64,000 bases of DNA. It comes from Plasmodiophora brassicae (lineage: Eukaryota). The notes beneath the pieces are model-generated. The model ran no database searches. It saw only the letters and a list, made by a program, of their open reading frames with translations, and had not been told where the DNA came from. Below, piece by piece: positions 35,541 to 45,690 of the stretch. The stretch lies in assembly GCA_036867785.1 (NCBI GenBank), contig CP145415.1, forward strand, positions 1 through 64,000. The letters are read 5' to 3'. A program made the position numbers and the translations under genes. Each line of letters opens with the position of its first letter. Positions within the stretch are counted from its first letter, which is position 1.

Positions 35541-38500
35541 TTACAGCAGCTGCTTTCGTTTGGCCCGCGTTTCAGTGTCTTTGAGATACCGCAATGCCTT
35601 ATCCGATTTTCTGGTAATCCAAGAGGACGGATCGTCATTTGCGCAATGTCGACGGTTATGGACGCCCGGACAGCCCATCTTCCCACATAGGAGATCCTCG
35701 TCGTCATCGGCTTCGTCCGTTCGATACCACTGCTTGACTGATCGGCAGCGTCTTTGATCCGCAGACACTTTCGCACGACGCCGTTTCCGTGTTTCGCCAG
35801 CAACAACTTCCCGTTGGTCGAGAGCTGGCGACGGCAATAGCGCTAGTCCTGGGAGGACGCTAACTCTCTGTTACAGTAGAAACTACAGTCAGATAATAAT
35901 TACACATTGTGAGACATAACAATGGCAAACCGGGAGATTGCTTTCTGCGTCAGGATCGACGCCAGCCGGATTCGTTGTAACGTCACAATCATCAGGCAGC
36001 CCGATCGTTGGATCGGTTACTTGCTCGGGCTGCGCTGGAAGGGATGCAGTAATTGACGCCGGCTGATCAACGGATATGTCGTGGCACGAGGACTCCGGTC
36101 CCTACGGGACGAACAATAAGTAGATGGTAACACATCCGATTATACAGTGCGCACGAGGTGCTCAAGAGAGATTTCAGGTACTGCGGCGCCATGCCTTTGA
36201 CGATCATTCGACATGTTTGCGGTACAGTCGACCCAAAGGATATTCATGAGCGCTCGAGTTTGTTCTGCAGAACCGCGCCGAATATGACGGTCATCCACTT
36301 TGCCTGCGAGCTCGTCGTGATATCTGCATGCACCCGATAAGATTACATATTCGAATCTGCGATGACTGCCGTTTGCATACCGTTTCATATGAACTGCAAA
36401 CTTCATAAACACGTTTGGGTGCGCCCAATCCCGGTCGCAATCTGTTTCATGCAATGTCGACGACTGGTCAATTCTTCCCTGCTCCCGGTCACTCTTGTCG
36501 GTTGCGGCACTACTGTCGTAGTGATCCCAGACTTGAAGAACGGTATAATTCCAGGTATCAGCCAGCATATCGAAATCAATTGAGCTGCCGCCGTGATTGC
36601 GAACATAATTCGACAGGACAGAGACGTAGAGTTGCTTCTCCTGTTCTGTGTGAAGAGGAAGGTAGGGAAGGCGGGCACCTTGGCAAAACGCAAGGTATTT
36701 CTTATCGCCCGACAAAGCACGATGTGGAGATCCCCTAACGGTAGCGTTAACTACATAGATGAGAAGAAAATCAATGAACGAACCTCTTGGCTTGCTCAAT
36801 TTGCCCACCAAAGTGAAATAACGATGAATGCGGCAGCAATTTGTCCCATTGCCAATCCAAGGAAGAGGGCACCTCAGGTCGAGGTTCCGTCCCCCATACC
36901 CTCTTCCCGAAGAAATTTATCAAGTCGACCTAGGAGCGCTGATGAGCATGGGCATGGCAATAACGAGTGGACCGACATACGAGCCAGGGCTTGAAATGCC
37001 CGATAATATAATGACCAGGCCTATTCTTCTCTGCCGCACGTATGTTCGTCCGTAGTACATGCTGTAGCATTAGTGCTTCAGTCAGCGCAATACCTGCATT
37101 CATCGACCCGAATTTCTTTTTAAGAACTCGATGATTGCTTTCACAGCAATTCGTCCCGCGTGAGCACCGGTATATCACAAGTCCATCCTTGTCGACTCCG
37201 ATTTCTTGATAGAAAGGGTAACCCTCCCCATCAGGGTCGCTACAGCAACCCTTATCAATATGCTCTAGAAGATTCTCTAAATCTTTGTGGCATTTTTCGT
37301 CGAACAACGGAACGCCTGAAAATGGGGTAAGGTGCAAATAATGTGGTGCACACGAAGACGTACCGTTGTGATCCAGTAGCTTTGAGAAATAGTCGCACAC
37401 TGCGAGGATCCTTGCCCGGAGAACACTTGGCACAGGTATTCGCCGACGAACACGCCGAAGAAAATAATCCCGGCGGAAAATCTTCCAATGTACAGGGTCT
37501 TCACCACGTTTTCGCAGGCTATCAGCCACCTAACGAAATGTTCACCATGACAGCCCGGACAGAGCAATACGCCACGTACCTTATTCAGATCGCTCGAATC
37601 CCAGATAAAGAACGCATCGCTGAGCGCGATAACGTACGGGGAATAAAACGGGTGCGCCTTTTTGACCTTGATGCGCTTCATCAAATGAAAGACATCTTGG
37701 AGACAGCATCGAACAGGTTCATCGTAGCGTTTCTCGGGCACTGTAAATGTAATTAAAGTGGCGCACAAGCGACAACGGTTGAATTTGCTTACAATCACAA
37801 CAATCGCCGTCGGCGGTAGAGCCACCTCCGTCTGCGGTAGAATCTCCTTGATCTGCGATATTGGGTTCAAACTCGCGCTCGACAGCTGAAGTTGTGAGGT
37901 CAGAAATTCTCAGGCAAATTGTCATGATCACGAAATACAATACCTAGACGCGGTCGGAGCGATGCGACGTCTACCAAAAGCGTGAACGGACACGGCCCAA
38001 ACGATTCAAGCGAACAGCCGGCACCACGCGGGTACCTGGAAACAGCGGCGGTTGCCAGTACCTAACATACGGCAACCTTAGTATGTAATTCGTTACTTCC
38101 GAAGAGACGCCTGTCGACCTTTTCAACGACAATGACAATACGAGACTTTGTGACTTTCGTTTTTTCCCAAAACTGCATGTGGCATGTAGATATCTTGCCC
38201 ATCGCAGCCACAGTGTGCCCAGCCAACAGCTCAACGGGCATACCAGGTAGCGGGGTGGGTGCACCAGCTTCAGCTTGAGGCGAATCCATGGCTGCAAGGC
38301 GAACAGATGGATCTGGTTTCGCGGCCAGACGCAAGTACACCATGAGACCAGCGTAAGCGTCCAGGGCCGCATACTCGACCTGTACGAAAGTAGTCAGCCA
38401 TAAACAATAATGTGTTAGGTACAAAGCGCATACTTGGTCATCAGACAGCTTATCCGCGGTCCACTGCGAGCACCGGATGTGTTGCGGTTTGGGCAAATTG

Positions 38501-41190
38501 CGGGCGAGGACATTTTCTACCAGCTTCGCAAGACTGGATCGAGGCGGAGCAGCCTCCAGGCGTGTCGCCATGGCGGCCAGCTCGACCCAAGAGTTGCTCA
38601 GTGCTTCGTCATGCGATTCAACAACTAACTGGTAATCTTCGGCCAGGTACTTCTTGTCAATTCCGATTGACCGACCCGCCTTGATGACAGTCGGGCACTC
38701 CAGAAATCGTTTCAACATCCGGGGACGCTTTCGCATCTGCGAAAGGTGAAAGATGTACACAGTGTCCTCGCCCTCGACAGCCACCTGCAGCGTCGCCACC
38801 TTGGTTCTCTGCCCTGCAGAGGATGTCCATTCGCAATCCACGCCGGCAGCAAACGGTCGACGGGATTGCTGAGCCTTGTCCATCCAGGTTGAGGCCACCG
38901 CGTTGGCAGGCTCCTCATGCGAAATAACACGCGCACGACGCGGCAATGTCAGCGTCGGATGAGCTGCACGTGGTACCGATTCGTGGTCTGCAAAGTAAGG
39001 GAAACACTCTTTGATGAGAGACTGATCTTCACAACACTGTAGCATACGATTAGATCATCAGCTGATTACACGTTACGAGTAAACGCACCTTGTCCGTGAA
39101 AACGACGTTTGGCTTGGGCTGCCCAAGAAGGTCTCGAACGTGTAGCCACTGTTTTATTCCGGGTTTGACCTGGATACATAGCATGAGATTGACAGGCAAC
39201 ATTTCACACAATGTCCGAGATACGGCGACCTGGTCAAATCCAGTGCCAACACAAAAAAAGAACATCACGATCTCGCTGAATTCATTCGTCGCCTTTTAGA
39301 GTTGTCAGCACTATATAGGAAACATTGTGATATCAACGGCATCATACCTGAAATAAGCTATCGAACATACGGTTGCCAGCGAGCTTGGCCATCATTCGCG
39401 GAACCTTGTGCGAAAAATCGTAGGCCAGCGACGATGCCGATCGTCGAAGCGCGTCGACGGTTATATACGACTTTTGTAGCAAAGTTTGACGGCGAAAGAC
39501 GGACGCCAGATGAGCCGCTGACGGAGCATTCACGTCAATAATGTTGGGGTCGAACTGGGCAGGCGTTTTGTATCCGAGAGCAATAGATCCATCTTTCGGC
39601 GAATAGTAGTCGCACAAAGCATTGTAGGTCGCATGCAGGAGATCACGCCTTTCCTTGTACGCTTCGTCAATGGTTCTACTCAAAGATTCTGGAGTAGTGC
39701 CGTCATTAAACAATGATGGCATTAACCAAACCACCGCCGCATCAAGGCCGCATGATTCAGTCAACACGAATGGGAGAACCAGTTCGTTGTTGAACGCCAT
39801 GGGCATGTGCGCAATGACGTCAGGATGCGTCGCATAGAAGGACGAACGGCATTGTTCGCATTTCAAGACGTTGGTAAACACGTAGAACATGTTTCGAAGT
39901 CCGCGAACACGGCGTACCTCCGGACTGGAAGGACGCCATTAGCAATACCGACGACAAAGAAAACGATTCCCTTACTTAGACGCATAGCCGTTCTTAACGT
40001 GGAAGCCTGTCGTCCCGCAGTGCGGGCATCGGAGCTGAAGCTCGGGAAAGTATAGCTTGGGCAGCCAACAAAAGATGTCCGGTTTGTAAAAGTGGTCGGG
40101 GCGAAGGCCTCTGCGATGACAGGCGACGACAGGGTTTGGCGCTGTTATCCACATGTGACCTGGGGCAGGTAAGCATTAAGCGTTTCATCGCCACAGTGTA
40201 CAAACGAAATACCTGCTTTAAGCCTGTCGACGATGTCCCCAGTTTCTTTTTCAAGCTGGAGCTTCAGGACTTTAAGTACTCCATGTATATACTGGCCAAC
40301 AAAATCGTCATCCTACATTTGACTGATGAACTTCACTGCCCTATTCAAAAATAGAACCACACTTACTGGATTAAGCAACGACGCATTCGGGTCTGCATTT
40401 GTTTCAGCTCGCGAGTCGTCCGCAGTCGGCCGCAGGTTCTCATGAACCTGACAGCACCAAGTTCAATATGTACCCTAGGTTGGTGATCATGTTATATGGA
40501 CTAACGGGGACGGGGATAGAACCAACGCTCTGGAGGGTGTTTCTGGACTAGAAATACACCTGCGGTCAGCTCTGAGATCGAAAGCGAAATGATAAGACAA
40601 ACCTTGGACGCAGGAGGTTGTGTCTTTTTCCGACACGACCGCTTCCGAGGCTGTTTATCGGGGCCTCTTCTGCCATTGCCTCCGCTTTTGACAGCCCCTG
40701 TGCCTGCACCGAGGACACCCCGTCCATTGGGAGGCGTTGCGCGGAGGTAGACCACCGATCCTTCTTCGAGGCGCAAATCGCCGATCGTAGTAGCATCCCC
40801 GAACTTCCGATGATGAACATCGTGCTTCTCGGTGATGTGCAGATCAAGAGGCGGCAGCGTATGCAGACGGGTGCGGCATTCCTCGATGACCTGCTCCAGC
40901 GTCGTCGCCACGGTGACGTCCAGACTGAGCAATGAGCACTCCATTCCACATCGGTGGCGAAAGTCCTCAGGAATCCAGACATGGACTTGGAACGTCGTGC
41001 GCTGGAGACGCCTGTGAGGTCAAAGCAATTCGGTTTCTGCGCTGCACATATATATCGTTGAGCAACAGTACCTTCGATTCTCTTCCGCGAGAAGGAACAC
41101 GACCACTGCTAACGCCTCATACAGCGATTGAAGAGCAAGAACTGTTCCCGCGATTGCAATGATCATATACATCGCGACAGAGGTGGCCAT
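35541..41190 (-). CDS. Multi-exon transposase: hydrophobic leader + ubiquitin-like domain + Zn-finger/DUF6729 region + DDE core with inserted DEDDy exonuclease + C-terminal Cys cluster
   Basis: DUF6729-like region FYKPDIFCWLP..LRCPHC..LKCEQC..PFVLTESCGLD. DDE core: D1 LAYDFSHKV, D2 VFTDK|CCED, DxxH QDVFHLM, E RCSRGTNCCESNH. Exonuclease motifs GVDCEW, IGIDKKYL and YAALDAY. C-terminal CGKMGCPGVHNRRHC before the stop at 35541. Confidence 0.8.
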
Positions 41191-41292
41191 ACCGCTCCAC
41201 CTACGACCACCAATGATCAGTTCGACTCGTTTAGCCACGCGGGGTCCGTGAACCCCCAAAATCGGGATTAATCCGACTAATCACTCAAGCGA

Positions 41293-41316
41293 CAGTCGAA
41301 CGACAAGTCGAACGAC
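41293..41316. repeat. Right (sub)terminal inverted repeat
   Basis: cagtcgaacgacaagtcgaacgac is the exact reverse complement of 35270-35293. Confidence 0.9.
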
Positions 41317-41322
41317 CCCGGG

Positions 41323-41492
41323 GCTCGAAGTAACGTCACTGATTAACCGTTGGACAATATCGTGCAGTTGGAGATTAATCGCTGGACAAGTTGTTTTGTA
41401 GTTTTTTTTCCCACTACAAAACAACTTGTCCAGCGATTAATCTCCAACTGCACGATATTGTCCAACGGTTAATCAGTGACGTTACTTCGAGC
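41323..41492. repeat. Perfect 80-bp inverted repeat with a 10-nt spacer; arms resemble a CACTA terminus
   Basis: 41323-41402 is the exact reverse complement of 41413-41492. The spacer is tttttttccc. Reading from 41412 gives CACTACAAAACAAC. Confidence 0.92.
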
Positions 41493-41626
41493 GCTGGATA
41501 TGATGGACGGCCGGATTCGAATCAGATTTGCGATTAATCTCCAACTGTACGATCTTGTCCAGCGATTAATCAGCGACATTACTTCGGGTGCTGGATATGA
41601 TGGGCGGTCGGGTTCGAATCAGATTT
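41433..41626. repeat. Imperfect 97-bp tandem duplication (subterminal-repeat-like)
   Basis: gcgattaatctccaactg...ctggatatgatgg...ttcgaatcagattt starts at 41433 and again at 41530. Confidence 0.88.
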
Positions 41627-41749
41627 CTATTTCGTCGTTAGTCGCCACCTTTATCAACCAGCCTTTGTAGCGCCAGTACTACCAGTCGGACTCCACGAGC
41701 GGTCAGGTGTACGTTCGCTCACCCGTCGTTACAGCGGATCGCGCTCGGC

Positions 41750-43126
41750 ATGAAGTGCTCCGAAGTCATTGTGGTCGTGACGGCCGCCGCTGTCCTTATC
41801 GTCGCCAGAGCCTCAAGCGAACCGCCCATCGTCAGACAGCCTACCGAGCAAGGCGACGCCCCGTCGCAACCACCTGAGCCCATTGCCGGTGACGGCCTGC
41901 AGGTTCTGCATGCAGGCGCAACCACCAACAGCGACGACTCCATGCTCCCCAACCTACCGGATGATATCATCCGCAACATTGTTCATTACGGAGGCAAGCA
42001 GGACAATCTCAGGATGCGCGCTACCAGCCCAGCGTGGAATGAGGTAGCGCTCGGCCTGCTTGGCATCGACAACCTGTGCCGAGATTTCGTTCAAAGACGT
42101 CATCTTAAGGCTGCCAGTCATCCGCGCTGTCGCGCTGTCGTCAACGACATATTTCGCTCTACCCAGACTCCGGGATGGCTAGACATGATGCCATTTCTCG
42201 TCCAATGTGGGGCCAACACATCCCTAGTGACTGACTTGTACGTTGAATTGGGCACATTGTGTAGTACCGTTTCTGCTCACTGAATCGATGCTGGTAGGGA
42301 CTTGAGCCACAATGAGCTGACCTCAATTCCAGCCGAGATCGGGCAGTTGACGTCGTTGAAGGAGCTGTGAGTATCGGCCACATTGTGTGATACACCGTTT
42401 CTGGTCACTGAACCGATGCTGATAGGAACTTGGCTGGCAATTACCTGCGGTCAATTCCAGCCGAGATCGGGCAGTTGACGTCGTTGAAGACGCTGTGAGT
42501 GTCGGCCACATTGTGTGATACACCGTTTCTGGTCACTGAACCGATGCTGATAGGTACTTGCTCTACAATCATGACCTGCGGTCAATTCCACCGGAGATCG
42601 GGCAGTTGACGTCGTTGGAGACGCTGTGGGTATTGGCCACATTTATTATAATTGTACCGTTTGCTGTCACTGAACTGATGCTGATAGATCATTGGCAGTC
42701 AATAGACTGCAATCGATCCCTGCCGAGATCGGGCAGTTGACTTCGTTGAAGGACCTGTGAGTATTTTGCACATTTGTGTGGTACCGTTTCTGGTTACTGA
42801 ACCGATGCTGATAGGGACTTGAGAGACAATGAGCTGCGGTCAATTCCAGCTGAGATCGGGCAGTTGACGTCGTTAGTGGAGCTGTGCGTATTCGCGACGC
42901 TGTGTGATACCGTTTCTGGTCACTGAACCGATGGTGATAGGATGGTGCAAAATAATAAGCTGGAATCGCTCCCTGCCGAGATGGGGCAGTTGACATCGTT
43001 GGAACACCTGTGAGCATTGCCCACATTGTGTGATACCGTTTCTGGTCATTGAACCGATGCTGATAGGGTCTTGGATGACAATATGCTGCAGTCGATTCCT
43101 GTTGAGTTCAACGAGCAATTGACGAG
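41750..43126 (+). CDS. Secreted F-box + leucine-rich-repeat protein (candidate effector); one LRR per exon; 3' end uncertain
   Basis: Signal peptide MKCSEVIVVVTAAAVLIVARA and F-box LPNLPDDIIRNIVHY..NLRMRATSPAWNEVA. LRR exons lie at 42298-42366, 42426-42494, 42554-42625, 42688-42756, 42815-42883, 42941-43009 and from 43067. Each encodes xLxxNxLxSIPAEIGQLTSLxxL, with phase-2 GT-AG introns. Confidence 0.85.
42238..43110 (+). repeat. About 128-bp tandem array (7 units) of conserved intron + LRR exon
   Basis: The intron consensus gtgagtatyggccacattgtgtgataccgtttctggtcactgaaccgatgctgatag recurs seven times. The exon core gagatcgggcagttgacgtcgttg recurs six times. Confidence 0.95.
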
Positions 43127-43129
43127 GTG

Positions 43130-45240
43130 CCGTGTTCCTGGCCGGCTTCCAGAAAGTGCTTTTCGAGTCGGCCTCCGTCCGAAGGCTATTCCCCATCGTC
43201 GGCCTTCGGATGGGTGCCAGCCGGTCCTTCTGAATAGGGTAAGTGTATTATGCGCCATAGTGCATACGTTACCCCGGCAATGCTCGGTAAAGTTTATTTG
43301 GACGTCTCCAAATTCAGGATCTTCGCATCCCGACGGGCAAGCATGCGGGAAACCACTTTACCTGTTACCGCGAAGTGAGACGTCCGTACGACGTCTGCGA
43401 AATGTGGTGCTTGTTATCCTTGAAGTACATGTCGAGGACGTCACTGAGAATGCTGTCGGCATTTGTGGGCGCCGGGCCATTGTAATCAATGAAGGCCTCG
43501 TCGGCCACAGTCTCAGGCGACAAATGGCGGCCGGCAGCTGCGTGGCGACTGATGACGCCCTCGACAACAGCCTCGTTCCCGATCTTCAGAGTGTTGGAGC
43601 AAGTACAATATATCCGGGATTCCATCGTAGATATTCTCATCGGTAAAGACATGTTTCAGAATACTGGTGCCTGGTTGGCCGCGGATGACGCTCCCGCACC
43701 ACCCGGCACTTCTCGATTTGGAAACAAGTCGAAGCCTCAGTGTCTCGAGTTGCTCAATCATAACTGGTAAAACGGGAAGTGCAACGCCGCCCTTGATTGC
43801 CGCCGTACTGTAGCGAAATCCCTTTCAGCATCGAACATGAGGAAGACCGAGGGCCGGATGATCGGAAGGAGTGGCAGAACCATCAGAGGATGGGTCAGCA
43901 CATGATGAGGAGCCACGACAGTTAGGAGATTGGCCAGCACATGAGGAAGTAGCTGGATGATGAGGGGGTTGGTTAGCACTTGAGAACGAATCATGACGAT
44001 CAGAAGAGAAGCCAGCAGATTCCTGGGCGAACGGCAAATTTGGAGCAGACACATCCAGTCCGGCCGACGCGAGCAGAGGGATTAGCAACAGGGACATTCA
44101 GGCAAGATGGTTTCTCCTCAAGCACTGCATTAATTTCTACAAATTACATGATATCAGAAACTAGATCGTGCATGCATGCTTACATAGGAATATATACCTC
44201 CACTTTCAATCGCGATGGGCTCGTTCTCCAAACGTGGCTTCTTGAAGAAGTTGAAGATCGAGGTTTGGGAAGTGGAACTGGATGCCCGTTTGCCTTTCGA
44301 GTTCACCACTTGAACATGGCAATGCTGTGACTCAATATGGTATTGCAGACTGTCGCGACGCATCATGCTGCGACAGTGTCCAACTGGACAACAGACCTGT
44401 TGATGTGAAGGCGGCCTTGTACGTGAACAAGATGTCCAACAAGCGGGTACGTCCACAATGTCGACAACAGCATGCTTACGTCGGAGAGCGTCCGCAGCGG
44501 GTTGCATCGTCTCAGTCGTCGAATCAGTGACATGAGCCGATGATCTCGACATGGGTACGACCGGGAGCTCAACAACGTCAACGTTGGATAGATGTTGGAG
44601 CAGTTCGTACGGTACATTCCAACAATCCCACATTTCGGCCATCGCTCCAGGAAATTGTTGATAATCGCAAACACTTCCTCAACAGACTGCATATTGCGAT
44701 TCAGCGAGCCCGCGAAATCATTTCGATCGAAGCCAAGCCGGTCCAACTCCGCCTTCAGTGCCGTCAAGCAGTATTCATGAGACTGACTAGTCTGCATAAT
44801 CCAATAGAGGTTGGCGTATCGCAGACAGCAGATGCGACACGATGCGCGAGGTATGGTCAACAACCAGCTCAGGGGCAACGCCGTCCCGGAGTCCGAGGCC
44901 TGGTTTTGGCGGTACCCGCGCAGTCCGTGTGAGTGATCGTCCCTCCAGTTATCGCTGTCCGTGGCCATGTCGGGATATGTAGCTATCGATACCGACGCCA
45001 GCCTGATTTCCATCTTTCGCTCATGCTCTGTTCATCTTCGTACGCTCCGGTATGCCCAATTCTTGCGTCAAGGGACATTCCTTCTCCAGGCCTTCCTTCG
45101 GAATCAGCCGGGCCTTCGGACGGCGACCTGGGTCGCCGAAAACGGCATTTTCTGGAACCCGGGTTCCTGGCTTGAATTATGTCCTCTGAAGCAGCGCTGC
45201 CCCATCTACGACGCGTCGACCAGCGCAGAATCAACCAAGG
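43130..45240 (-). mobile_element. Degenerate, internally deleted hAT-like transposase relic
   Basis: C2H2-like CPVGHC..MRRDSLQYHIESQH, then QTSIFNFFKKP, a low-complexity repeat, and C-terminal NEAVVEG..EAFIDYNGP..ADSILSDVLDMYF reminiscent of hAT C-termini. Frames are broken and the catalytic core is absent. Boundaries are approximate. Confidence 0.45.
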
Positions 45241-45690
45241 TCCGATGAGGGTCTTTGTTGATTCTGGTTGTCAATCGCTGAAATAAACAAAGATCAGCAA
45301 CGCCGCCGCGATAGTCGGCCGGGCCGGCAGGGGCTGCCAGTCGCTGCAAGCACGATGAGGCACGCGCGCGATGATGCGTGTACCCGTGCTTTATTTATTT
45401 TGTGATGTATAGAGCCTTGTTCTTCTACGTGAACATTTGCCGCTGCCCAGCGGGTCTAACGAAGCGTCGAGGTTTGTTAATTTTGAGCCGGTGTGTGTTT
45501 GTGCAAGAAGATGTCACTGCTTTATTTGTCAAGTGCATCTGATGAGCTCTGCCAACCAACACGAAACCTGGCACCACACTGTAGGTAGAGGTGTGCACAG
45601 CAGGTCAGCAGTTCCGGTCTGGTCGAGTGTGTGCGTTTTTTGGGGGGAGGCGGGCCGTTGGAGAAGTGGAGCGCGGTGAACGCGGTCGTT

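Larger units (their letters stand above)
35256..41330 (-). mobile_element. About 6-kb DNA transposon, Dada-like (DUF6729-type DDE transposase with embedded 3'-5' exonuclease), bounded by inverted repeats
   Basis: A perfect 24-bp inverted repeat (35270-35293 and 41293-41316) extends imperfectly outward. It encloses one multi-exon transposase gene. The region is visibly less GC-rich than the host genes. No TSD identified. Confidence 0.78.

Noticed and set aside
41495-41625. tRNA or Pol III gene suggested by ggttcgaatc B-box-like motifs
   Set aside because: No cloverleaf and no properly spaced A-box. The motifs lie within the 97-bp tandem repeat.
41412-41672. Complete CACTA MITE ending at tttgtagcg
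   Set aside because: The right-end match is only 8 of 9 bp and the only flanking duplication is cc, which is too weak to call.
42367-43066. cacattgtg near-palindrome in the LRR introns as a V(D)J-like recombination signal
   Set aside because: It is not the CACAGTG heptamer, there is no nonamer at 12/23 spacing, and tandem duplication alone explains its recurrence.
42238-43110. CRISPR-like array (regular conserved repeats with variable intervals)
   Set aside because: The period is about 128 bp, the conserved parts are GT-AG introns and LRR codons, the variable parts are homologous in-frame codons, the context is eukaryotic, and no cas genes are present.
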